Of a stretch of 64,000 nt of DNA, positions 8,255 through 16,364 are shown in pieces; position 1 is the first letter of the stretch, and each line of letters opens with the position of its first letter. The stretch is from the NCBI GenBank assembly GCA_964550305.1, contig CAZJYU010000003.1:20220-84219 (forward strand). The letters run 5' to 3'. The stretch comes from an uncultured Vicinamibacteraceae bacterium. Its GTDB lineage: Bacteria; Acidobacteriota; Vicinamibacteria; Vicinamibacterales; UBA8438. The translations under genes and the position numbers were made by a program. The notes beneath the pieces are model-generated. The model was given only the letters and a program-made list of their open reading frames with translations, did no database searches and was not told the DNA's origin.

Positions 8255-9976
8255 CTACTCGTCGTCCGCCGTCTCGACAATCGGCGCCGGGCTGGGCCGG
8301 CGAATCATATGGTGCAGGTCGGCGCCGGCCGGCACCATCGGGTAGACCGTGTCTTCCTGCTCGACCTGGAAGTCGATCACCACCGTACGGTCGTCGTCGC
8401 GGGCTCGCTGCACCGTCGGTTCCACCTCGCCGCGGGTCTTGACCGTGGCGCCACCCAAGCCAAAACACTGAGCCAGCCTGGCGAAGTCCGGGCTCAGCAG
8501 CGGCGTAGCGGCGTAACGGCGCTCGTAGAAAAACTCCTGCCACTGCCGCACCATGCCGAGATAGCCGTTGTTGATGATCGCCACGTTGATCTTGATCCGC
8601 TCCTGCGCGATCGTGGCGAGCTCCGCCATCGTCATCTGAAAGCCACCGTCGCCCGCCACCACCCACACTTCGGCATCCGGCCTCGCCAGCTTTGCGCCGA
8701 CCGCGGCCGGCAACGCGAAGCCCATCGTCCCGAGGCCGCCCGAAGTAATCAGCGTGCGCGGGTCGTTGTGGTGGTAGTACTGCGCCTCCCACATCTGGTG
8801 CTGGCCAACATCGGTCACGACGATTGCCTTTCCGTCGGTCATCCGCCAGATGTCGTTGATGACGTGCGCAGCGTAGAGGTGCCCACTGTCGGGAAGGTTC
8901 TGGATGTCGCGGACGGCGACGTCCCCTTTCATTTCGCGGATCGTCTCGAGCCACGCCTCGTGACGGTTCTCCTCGACCAGTGGCGCCAAGTCTTCCAGCA
9001 CCGCGGACAGGTCGCCGGCCAGGGCGACATCCACCCGGACGTTCTTGTGGAACTCCGCCGGATCGATGTCCACATGCACCTTGCGCGCATTCGGCGCGTA
9101 GGTCTTCACGTTGCCGGTGACCCGGTCGTCGAAGCGCATGCCGAGCGCCAGCAGGAGATCCGCCTCCTGAATGGCGGCATTGACCCACGACTCGCCATGC
9201 ATCCCCATCATTCCCATGTTGAGCGGATGCTGGGCCGGAACGCCGCCGATGCCAAGCAGCGTCATCGCGATCGGGATGTGCGCCCGCTCGGCCAGCTCCC
9301 GCACCTGTCCCATGGCGCCCGACAGGAGCACGCCGTGACCGGCCAGGATCACCGGCCGCTTGGCCCGGTTCACGAGGTCGGCCGCCCTCCGGTACTCGTC
9401 GTCGGACGCGCGCAGATGCGGCCGGTAGCCCGGCAGCTTCACGTCGTCCGGCCCGAACTGCAACTCGGTCGACGCCTGCTGCGCGTCCTTCGTGATGTCC
9501 ACAAGCACGGGGCCGGGGCGGCCGGATCGCGCGACGTACATCGCCTCGCGAATCACCGGCGCGATCTCTTCGACGTGCGACACCAGATAGTTGTGCTTGG
9601 TAATCGGCAGCGTGACACCGGTGACATCCGTCTCCTGGAACGCGTCCGACCCGATCAGCCGGCTCCCCACCTGACCGGTGATGCACAGAATGGGCGAAGA
9701 GTCGAGCATTGCCGTCGCGATGCCGGTCACCATGTTGGTGGCGCCCGGACCGGAGGTGGCCACCGCCACGCCCACCTGGCCGCTCGCGCGGGCGTAGCCA
9801 TCCGCCATGTGGGTCGCCCCCTGTTCGTGGCGAACCAGAACGTGGCGAATCGGGTACTCCAGCAGCGCGTCGTAAGCAGGCAGGATTGCCCCGCCGGGAT
9901 AGCCGAAGACGGTGCCGACACCCTCCCGCACCAGCGCTTCCCAGATGATCTGCGCGCCCGTTCTCATCGAAGCCAT
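8255..9976 (-). CDS. ilvB: acetolactate synthase large (catalytic) subunit
   Basis: MASMRTGAQIIWEALVREGVGTVFGYPGGAILPAYDAL...GPGATNMVTG...GLGTMGFALPAAVGAK...GDGGFQM are ThDP/FAD AHAS motifs. Confidence 0.95.
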   Translation of the reverse strand: MASMRTGAQIIWEALVREGVGTVFGYPGGAILPAYDALLEYPIRHVLVRHEQGATHMADGYARASGQVGVAVATSGPGATNMVTGIATAMLDSSPILCITGQVGSRLIGSDAFQETDVTGVTLPITKHNYLVSHVEEIAPVIREAMYVARSGRPGPVLVDITKDAQQASTELQFGPDDVKLPGYRPHLRASDDEYRRAADLVNRAKRPVILAGHGVLLSGAMGQVRELAERAHIPIAMTLLGIGGVPAQHPLNMGMMGMHGESWVNAAIQEADLLLALGMRFDDRVTGNVKTYAPNARKVHVDIDPAEFHKNVRVDVALAGDLSAVLEDLAPLVEENRHEAWLETIREMKGDVAVRDIQNLPDSGHLYAAHVINDIWRMTDGKAIVVTDVGQHQMWEAQYYHHNDPRTLITSGGLGTMGFALPAAVGAKLARPDAEVWVVAGDGGFQMTMAELATIAQERIKINVAIINNGYLGMVRQWQEFFYERRYAATPLLSPDFARLAQCFGLGGATVKTRGEVEPTVQRARDDDRTVVIDFQVEQEDTVYPMVPAGADLHHMIRRPSPAPIVETADDE

Positions 9977-10016
9977 GTCGTTGCCTCTTGCCTGATTGTG
10001 CCCGTGCCCCGGCTCG

Positions 10017-11684
10017 TCAGTTCGTTACCGCCCCACCCGCCGCCGACGAGACGAGCCGCGCGTACTTCGCCATCACTCCGCTCCGGAACCGCGGCTCCGG
10101 CGGCTGCCACGCCGCGAGGCGCGACGTGATCTCCGCCGCGTCCACTTCGAGCTCCAGCCTGCGGTTCCGTTCGTCGAACAGGATCGGATCGCCGTCCCGC
10201 ACCACCGCGATGGGACCGCCCGACGCCGCCTCCGGCGCCACATGGCCTGCCATCATGCCGCGCGTCGCGCCGGAGAAGCGGCCGTCGGTCAGGAGCGCTA
10301 CCGACTCGCCCAGACCGGCGCCGACAATGGCCGCGGTCACGGCCAGCATCTCACGCATCCCCGGCCCTCCCTTGGGACCCTCGTACCGGATCACCACCAC
10401 GTCGCCCGGCCGAACCCGTCCTGCCCCGACCGCTCCGAACGCCGCTTCCTCGCTGTCGAACACGCGCGCCGGACCCCGGTGCGTCGACGGCTCGTGGCCC
10501 GCCACCTTCACCACGCATCCTTCGGGGGCCAGATTCCCCTTCAGGATCACCAGCCCCCCCGTGGGAGTTATCGGGTCGGTGACCGAACGGACCACCTCCT
10601 GCCCCTCGGTCTCCACGGTCGCGCGCGCCACCTCGCCGATGGTCTGGCCCGTCACGGTCAGGGCGTCCTCCCGCAACAGGCCCGCCTCCTGCAGCCGCTT
10701 GGCCACCAGACCGATGCCGCCGGCACGATACATGTCGGTGGCCACGAAGCGGCCGCCGGGCTTGAGGTCCGCCAGCAGCGGGGTCCGCTCACTTACCCGG
10801 TCGAAGTCGTCGATTGCGAGATCGACTCCGGCCTCGTGCGCTATCGCCAACAGATGCAGCACGGCGTTCGTCGAACCGCCGGTCGCGGCGACGGCCGCGA
10901 TGGCGTTGTCGATCGCGGCGCGGGTCACGATCCGGCGGGGGCGGAGATCCTGAGAGACGAGATCCATCACCAGCTCGCCCGCCCGACGCGCGGCATCCGG
11001 CTTCTCGTCGGACATGGCCGGCACGCCGTTCGCACTCATCGGCGATACGCCGAGCAACTCGCAAACCGTCGACATCGTGTTTGCCGTGAACTGCCCGCCG
11101 CACGCACCCGGCCCGGGACACGCGACATCCTCCAGGGCGCAGAGTTGCGCGTCGGTCATCCGCCCCGCCGCATGCGCGCCGACCGCCTCGAAAACATCCT
11201 GGATCGTGACGTCGCGTCCTTCGTACCGGCCCGGCTCGATCGAGCCGCCATAGAGCACGAGTCCGGGGATGTCGAGGCGCACCAGCGCCATCACGCCTCC
11301 GGGGATCGTCTTGTCGCACCCCACGAGGATGACGATGCCGTCGAAGAGGTTGCCGCGCGCCACCAGTTCAATGGAATCGGCCACCACCTCGCGGCTGACG
11401 AGCGAGGCTTTCATTCCCTCGCTACCCATCGTGATGCCATCGGAGATGGAGACCGTGTTGAACTCCATCGGCGTGCCGCCGGCGGCGCGGATCCCGGCCT
11501 TCACCTGAGCGGCGAGGTCGCGCAGGTGATAGTTGCAGGGACCGATCTCGATCCAGGTGTTCGCGATACCGATGATGGGCCGTGCGAGATCGGCATCGCT
11601 GAAGCCGACCGCCTTCAGCATCGCGCGAGCCGGCGCGCGGCTCGGTCCGTCGGTGATCGCCGCGCTGCGTCGTTCGGGAGCCAT
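10017..11684 (-). CDS. ilvD: dihydroxy-acid dehydratase
   Basis: [54 protein letters not shown]...CDKTIPG...ATDGRFSG is the IlvD/Edd family. Start placed at ATG 11684. The track start at 11747 would lie inside the terminator hairpin of the leader. Confidence 0.9.
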   Translation of the reverse strand: MAPERRSAAITDGPSRAPARAMLKAVGFSDADLARPIIGIANTWIEIGPCNYHLRDLAAQVKAGIRAAGGTPMEFNTVSISDGITMGSEGMKASLVSREVVADSIELVARGNLFDGIVILVGCDKTIPGGVMALVRLDIPGLVLYGGSIEPGRYEGRDVTIQDVFEAVGAHAAGRMTDAQLCALEDVACPGPGACGGQFTANTMSTVCELLGVSPMSANGVPAMSDEKPDAARRAGELVMDLVSQDLRPRRIVTRAAIDNAIAAVAATGGSTNAVLHLLAIAHEAGVDLAIDDFDRVSERTPLLADLKPGGRFVATDMYRAGGIGLVAKRLQEAGLLREDALTVTGQTIGEVARATVETEGQEVVRSVTDPITPTGGLVILKGNLAPEGCVVKVAGHEPSTHRGPARVFDSEEAAFGAVGAGRVRPGDVVVIRYEGPKGGPGMREMLAVTAAIVGAGLGESVALLTDGRFSGATRGMMAGHVAPEAASGGPIAVVRDGDPILFDERNRRLELEVDAAEITSRLAAWQPPEPRFRSGVMAKYARLVSSAAGGAVTN

Positions 11685-11705
11685 TCTGTCTGTCACCAGC
11701 CTCAT

Positions 11706-11740
11706 AAAGAAAAAGCCATCATCCGCTGTCGGATGATGGC
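11706..11740 (-). terminator. intrinsic terminator of the ilv attenuator
   Basis: The minus strand reads GCCATCATCCG-ACAG-CGGATGATGGC followed by TTTTTCTTT: an 11-bp perfect stem, a 4-nt loop and a U-run, ending about 20 nt before the ilvD ATG. Confidence 0.75.
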
Positions 11741-11773
11741 CCTTCAAGGTCGCCGTGGGTGCGGATCAGGACA

Positions 11774-11851
11774 TCATCCGGTTGCGGCCGGCGTAATGGC
11801 GCCGGCCACGCGAACGATGACGACGATGAAACGCTCCCACAGAGCCGCCAT
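11774..11851 (-). CDS. ilv operon leader peptide (25 aa, Ile/Val-rich)
   Basis: Minus-strand ATG at 11851 gives MAALWERFIVVIVRVAGAITPAATG* with five consecutive Ile/Val codons (11813-11827). Its stop codon is embedded in CGGAUGAUG, which duplicates the 3' arm of the downstream terminator. Confidence 0.7.
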   Translation of the reverse strand: MAALWERFIVVIVRVAGAITPAATG

Positions 11852-11887
11852 CTGCTTCCGGGCAAGGCCCGTGCCGCTGTTCAGGCC

Positions 11888-11918
11888 ATTCTACTCCTCC
11901 GCGGCGCTGGCGCGTCAA
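11888..11918 (-). promoter_or_regulatory. candidate sigma70-type promoter for the ilv leader
   Basis: Minus strand has TTGACG (11918-11913), a 19-nt spacer, then TAGAAT (11893-11888), about 37 nt upstream of the leader ATG. The spacer is longer than optimal. Confidence 0.3.
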
Positions 11919-11931
11919 GTGGCGGGCGCGC

Positions 11932-12138
11932 GTGGTGTATGATCCCGCGGCGATGTTCAGGCTGGTGACGACCGTCCGGGGCGGCGCGGTGAATCTCCCC
12001 GCCGCGTATGCGAAGTACGCGTCCGTCGACGAAGCCCGAAACGCGGCCAAGGCGCTCATGCACGAGCATCAGCGGGTGGTCCGCGTCATGATCGTCGAGG
12101 AGCCTGACCGTTTCGTGGAGTGGCTCGACCGCTCCTGA
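11932..12138 (+). CDS. small hypothetical protein (68 aa)
   Basis: Divergent from the ilv leader. Strong GC3 bias across the ORF (MVYDPAAMFRLVTTVRGGAVNLPAAYAKYASVDEARNAAKALMHEHQRVVRVMIVEEPDRFVEWLDRS). GTG start, or ATG at codon 8. Confidence 0.5.
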   Translation: MVYDPAAMFRLVTTVRGGAVNLPAAYAKYASVDEARNAAKALMHEHQRVVRVMIVEEPDRFVEWLDRS

Positions 12139-12171
12139 TCGACCTCGGTCAGCCTCCTCCGACGCGGGTCG

Positions 12172-12660
12172 CTACCCGGGCCGGATCGTGACCCCAACCC
12201 CGATCCAGAGCAGCGGTACGCCTGCGTCTCGCGCCTGACCTCCCCTGAACTCGGTGAAGAAACCGTTCTCGTGGCCAAACCCAAACACGTAGTTCCAGCC
12301 CCCGCTGACATGGGTGCCGTCGACATCCATGAACCGCGCGATGTTCACACCTGGCCCGAGACCCTGATGGATGCGCCATCCCGTCCCGCCCAGCGTGACC
12401 CGGTAGATGAACTCGCCGCCAATGGCCGCGATTCGCCAGCCGGCGCCGAAGGCGCCGTTAATGCCCGGTCGAAGGACGAGCTGATCGGAGACGAGCGGGA
12501 ATTCGATGTGCGAGCCGACGTAGATCTGCTCCGGATCGAACGCCGCTCCCGCCTGGAAGCCAACGCCTTGCGCGGCTGCCGCGAGCGGCAGGAACCATGC
12601 CGCGGCAGCACAGGCGACGAGGAGGCGGCGCCCATGCGCCACCTTAGTCGATCGCTTCAA
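12172..12660 (-). CDS. small outer-membrane beta-barrel-like protein
   Basis: Signal peptide (...LLVACAAAAWFLPLAAAAQG), then alternating Gly/aromatic beta-strand pattern. 162 aa. Confidence 0.55.
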   Translation of the reverse strand: MKRSTKVAHGRRLLVACAAAAWFLPLAAAAQGVGFQAGAAFDPEQIYVGSHIEFPLVSDQLVLRPGINGAFGAGWRIAAIGGEFIYRVTLGGTGWRIHQGLGPGVNIARFMDVDGTHVSGGWNYVFGFGHENGFFTEFRGGQARDAGVPLLWIGVGVTIRPG

Positions 12661-13789
12661 TCAGCTCGTAGGACAGGCCATTCGGATCCTCGACCACGAC
12701 TGCGCGCGTCTCGCCAAACTCGTAGGGCCCTTCCAGCGGCACCCCCCTTGCCTCGAGATGGGCAATCACGGCGTCGAGGTCCGGATAGGCGAGTCCGATG
12801 CGATCGACCACTTGCCCGCGCGAACGTGCGAGCGGTTGATCGTTGCCGGGGCCGCAGCGACCGTCACGACACTGGCGCGGGTACCACAGCCAACTGGCAT
12901 TCGCGACCCGCGCGTTCCCGGCCGGAATGCGGAGCTGTCCCACTTCCATGTACGTGGGATAGGTCACTTCGCCGGTCGGTACTTCGCACGGATCCCACCC
13001 GTTTCCGTCGAAGTTGAATTCGGAACTGAAGTTGTTCTGATTCTCGGGGAACTGCGCGCCAAGATGCTCCACATGCCAGTTCGCCGAACACAGCGGATCC
13101 TCTCCCCAGAAGTGCATGTGGCTCCGGAAGCTGTGGTTCTGACCCGCCGTGAATTCGATGAGCATGCCGTCGGGATCGACCAGGTACCCGAAGTCCAGGC
13201 CCGTGGTGGCGAGCGCAGGCGGGTTGTCCGCAGCCTCCGCCAGCCGCTCATCAATCTCACTCACCCGCAGCAGTGACTCTCCGAGGGGGAGGGCCAACGA
13301 ATGCAGCGCGGTGAGTCCACCACCGGGCCCGCCATACAACGTGACGAGTTCGAACTCATCGGAATCGAGGGCGGCGATGCGCTCGCGGAACTCGTTGGTA
13401 TTCGGCCCGGCAAACGTCGACCCGAAGGTCCAGAACCCACTCTGGGGATCGGACCGCTGCAGCTCACGGTTGAAGCCGCCGGGCGCCTGCTCGTCGACTT
13501 GCGTATACAACAGGTAGATTTCGTCGTAGAAGGCGGGGAATCCGGCGTAGGTGGTCTGCGTGCCCTCCGGCCAGTAGTTGCTGTACCAGTCGAGCGAGCG
13601 CTGGGGATCCACCGAGTTGATGTGGATGTGATTGAACGTTGGCTGGGGCAACCCCATGTCGACTGCCTCTGCATCCGCCGCGGGCTCCGGGCTCTCGGGC
13701 TCTGCGGGGGCACAGGCCATGGCCAGGAGGACGAGTCCCGCCGCGCCGGCAGCGAAGCCGAGTGATGTCCTGTTCATGCGAGTCTGCAT
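12644..13789 (-). CDS. exported VOC (glyoxalase/dioxygenase-like) family lipoprotein
   Basis: Start moved to ATG 13789 (GGAGA 6 nt upstream): MQTRMNRTSLGFAAGAAGLVLLAMA-C lipobox. VOC-like modules are present (TFNHIHINSVDP..., ...VDRIGLAYPDLDAVIAHLEARGVPLEGPYEFGETRAVVVEDPNGLSYELIE). Confidence 0.65.
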   Translation of the reverse strand: MQTRMNRTSLGFAAGAAGLVLLAMACAPAEPESPEPAADAEAVDMGLPQPTFNHIHINSVDPQRSLDWYSNYWPEGTQTTYAGFPAFYDEIYLLYTQVDEQAPGGFNRELQRSDPQSGFWTFGSTFAGPNTNEFRERIAALDSDEFELVTLYGGPGGGLTALHSLALPLGESLLRVSEIDERLAEAADNPPALATTGLDFGYLVDPDGMLIEFTAGQNHSFRSHMHFWGEDPLCSANWHVEHLGAQFPENQNNFSSEFNFDGNGWDPCEVPTGEVTYPTYMEVGQLRIPAGNARVANASWLWYPRQCRDGRCGPGNDQPLARSRGQVVDRIGLAYPDLDAVIAHLEARGVPLEGPYEFGETRAVVVEDPNGLSYELIEAID

Positions 13790-13968
13790 CGTGGATCTCC
13801 TTTTCCCGTCCTCTCGGCGCGTCACCGCGTCACGGCTGCGCCCCACCCCATGCCGGGGCCGAAGAGTGGCCTCATTCTCGACTATTCCGGTACGCATTGT
13901 CCAATCGTGCCCGTCGTCCCAATGCGAGAGCCGCTCGAAGGACAGATGCCCGAAAGGCCCGGTTCGGT

Positions 13969-14994
13969 CTATCGCTGCGACGTATCCGCCCCAGCCCTCT
14001 GCTCCTCCATCCGCGCGCCGGCGAGGATGCCTTCGAGGGAGTAGTTGCCCTCGTGACAGGCGTACTCGAAGACCGGCTGCTCCGACCGCAACAGACGCAC
14101 CATGGCGGTCCATGGCCGGGTCCAGGTCGTTTCATCCTCGACCGTGATCTCATACTCGATCTCGTCCGGACCCACCCGGGTATAGCGCTCGGTAAGGTGG
14201 AGGTTCTCGGCGGAACCCCGGTAGTTGCTCTCAGGCGAGAAGTTCCTCGTCTCGACCACCAGCGTGTCCCCCACCCAGCGGCCGCGCGAGTCCCCGTGGA
14301 GTTGTCGAATTCCCTCGTCCACGTGCGGCCGGCCATCCAGGGGAATGACCCGGACATCGTGAATCATCTCGGAGTAGATGGCGACGTGATCCGGTGTCTG
14401 CGCGATCTGGTAGTAGCTGTTGTATCCCGCTCCGAGCCCTCCGACCCTGGGCACGCCATACGAGATGCACCGGATTTGCGCCAACGTGTCCTCCGGCCCC
14501 TCGGGGGATCGGCCCCTCCCCGCGAACGCCGCCCGCTGCCGTTCCTGCGCCTCGGGCGTCATCGGCGGCAAACGACCATCCGGCGGATCGGTGATCAGCG
14601 AAGTTCGATTGTCGAAGTCGCGCTCCACCATCCATGCCGTACTGTAGTTGCCCGTGCCGCCGTCAAATGACTGGATCTCGTCGACGTTGGCCAGGGCCGC
14701 CTGGAACACCCCGTCGCCAAACGCCGCATCCCCCCCGGACTCGTGCTGCCGGCTCGCCGCCTCGCGCAGGGCGGCCACCTCCTCGTCCGAGAATTCGGCC
14801 TTTTCAGCGAGCGCTTCAGGCCGCTCCAGGGGAGTGGCGCTGTTGTTCGCCCATACGCCCTGCAGATCCGGATGTCCGTGGGGAGTGCGCGGCGCCTCCC
14901 ACCCGTCGGGGACGGTTTGCGCGCCAAGTGGCATCGGTGCAAACGACAGAACGGCGAGTACCGTGAGCGTAGCCGTGACGAAACGAGCATGCAT
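13969..14994 (-). CDS. secreted conserved hypothetical protein
   Basis: 341 aa with signal peptide MHARFVTATLTVLAVLSFAPMPLGAQ. Good coding bias. No family name recalled. Confidence 0.65.
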   Translation of the reverse strand: MHARFVTATLTVLAVLSFAPMPLGAQTVPDGWEAPRTPHGHPDLQGVWANNSATPLERPEALAEKAEFSDEEVAALREAASRQHESGGDAAFGDGVFQAALANVDEIQSFDGGTGNYSTAWMVERDFDNRTSLITDPPDGRLPPMTPEAQERQRAAFAGRGRSPEGPEDTLAQIRCISYGVPRVGGLGAGYNSYYQIAQTPDHVAIYSEMIHDVRVIPLDGRPHVDEGIRQLHGDSRGRWVGDTLVVETRNFSPESNYRGSAENLHLTERYTRVGPDEIEYEITVEDETTWTRPWTAMVRLLRSEQPVFEYACHEGNYSLEGILAGARMEEQRAGADTSQR

Positions 14995-15113
14995 CAGATG
15001 AGCCTCCCTAACATGATCGGCCGGCGAGAGTTCTTGCGGCCTCGCTCGCGTCGTTGCGGATGCCGAACCCCATGAGTGTAACGCGGCTCCGTTCGATTCG
15101 TGCGCGAACCGTG

Positions 15114-15190
15114 TGGCGCGCCCGGCAGGACTCGAACCTGCGACCCTCGGTTTAGAAGACCGATGCTCTATCCAGCTGAGCTACGGGCGC
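15114..15190 (-). tRNA. tRNA-Arg (anticodon TCT)
   Basis: Reverse complement GCGCCCG-TA-GCTC-AGCTGGATA-GAGC-A-TCGGT-CTTCTAA-ACCGA-GGGTC-GCAGG-TTCGAGT-CCTGC-CGGGCGC-G-CCA. 77 nt, anticodon TCT, encoded CCA. Confidence 0.95.
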
Positions 15191-15221
15191 CTGACGTTCA
15201 GACTACACCGACTCGGCCGCG

Positions 15222-16328
15222 CTACCGCCAGATCTCGGTCCCCGCCGTCCCCAACACCAGATTCACCACCAGGCCGTAACTCGCCGCGCCCGCATCCACG
15301 CGGTTGGCGCGCAGGAATCGGTCGTACACGACGCTCGTGCTGCGCTGCACGACCGGTGTCGTGTCGCGCCTGAACCGCGCGGCAATGGCGCGAAGATGCT
15401 CGCGCGGCACATCCTCGAGGACGGCCCACACCTGAGCCTGAAGATCCTGCGAGAGATACTGCACGAGACGGGGCGTCAGATACAACCAGGCACTGTAGCG
15501 GCTCCGCGCGTCGCCCGCCAGACACACGAGCAAACCGACGAAACTCGCCTCCGACTCGTCCGCGTAGCCCGCGAGGTGCGACCACTCGTGTGCCACAAGA
15601 AACGGCCGCTCGTAAGGCAGCACCGCCTCGTTCACCAGTACCTCGAGCGCCCACGGGTTCACCATGGCGTCGACGCCGGCGCTTCGGAAGTACGGCGCGA
15701 AGAGCGTTCTCTTGGGCAATGCCGGCACCGCGGGGCGCGATACGCCCAACTGGCGCTGCGCCGCGTCGAACGCCGGCCCCAGCACCACGGGCAGCTCGTC
15801 GAAGGTGGGCCACTGCCCTTCCGCGGCGGCCTGCCCATGAAGCTGATTGAGCCGTGCGACCGCCTCGTTCGAAAGCGTGAAAAGCGCCTCCTGGGTGATG
15901 CGCGTCTGTTGGTAGTCGAGCTTCTCGGTAAGTGGTTCCCGCCGGTAATTGAGACCCCACATCAGGAGAAACACCAGGTAGATCGCCGCGGCAAGTCCCA
16001 GTGTCAGGAATCCCGTGCGCAGTGCGGCCCTGGCAGAGGCGCGCCAGCCGGGTCGCACCCCCGCGACCGACCGCCACCACCCGACGCCGAGCAAAACCAC
16101 CAGGCTGACGATTAGAAGGTCGAGCAGCGCGAAGCGAACCAGGCTCGAGAGGCGTGTGACCAGCGGCTGCCCCACCAGATAGGCGCCGGTCGAGTAAAAG
16201 CGCTCCACCCAGTCGGCGGGCGTGGGAGCGAGCGCGGCAGCGGCAGCGGCGGCAATCAGCCCCGCCGCCACCCGCGGCGCGGTGACGGTGCGCCGTATCC
16301 ACCCGTCCGAGCAACCCGCCGCGGCCAC
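15222..16328 (-). CDS. DUF3810-like membrane metalloprotease-fold protein
   Basis: N-terminal TM helices and an HEWSH (HExxH) motif in ...RPFLVAHEWSHLAGYADESEASF..., the pattern I associate with DUF3810. Confidence 0.65.
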   Translation of the reverse strand: MAAAGCSDGWIRRTVTAPRVAAGLIAAAAAAALAPTPADWVERFYSTGAYLVGQPLVTRLSSLVRFALLDLLIVSLVVLLGVGWWRSVAGVRPGWRASARAALRTGFLTLGLAAAIYLVFLLMWGLNYRREPLTEKLDYQQTRITQEALFTLSNEAVARLNQLHGQAAAEGQWPTFDELPVVLGPAFDAAQRQLGVSRPAVPALPKRTLFAPYFRSAGVDAMVNPWALEVLVNEAVLPYERPFLVAHEWSHLAGYADESEASFVGLLVCLAGDARSRYSAWLYLTPRLVQYLSQDLQAQVWAVLEDVPREHLRAIAARFRRDTTPVVQRSTSVVYDRFLRANRVDAGAASYGLVVNLVLGTAGTEIWR

Positions 16329-16364
16329 GGTCGTCGCTACCTCCCGGCTGCTCCCGGTCCCGCG

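Noticed and set aside
7623-9686. 687-aa ORF suggesting a large fusion protein ending in the ilvN sequence
   Set aside because: The N-terminal 489 aa overlap ilvB in another frame and are low complexity. A clean ATG at 8219 gives a normal 198-aa small subunit.
8204-11942. Two very long plus-strand ORFs (8204..10129, 641 aa; 9996..11942, 648 aa) across the ilvB/ilvD region
   Set aside because: They are antisense to unmistakable ilvB and ilvD genes. Their translations are Arg/Pro/Gly/His-rich low complexity with no recognisable motifs. This is the expected stop-codon-poor shadow frame of high-GC coding DNA.
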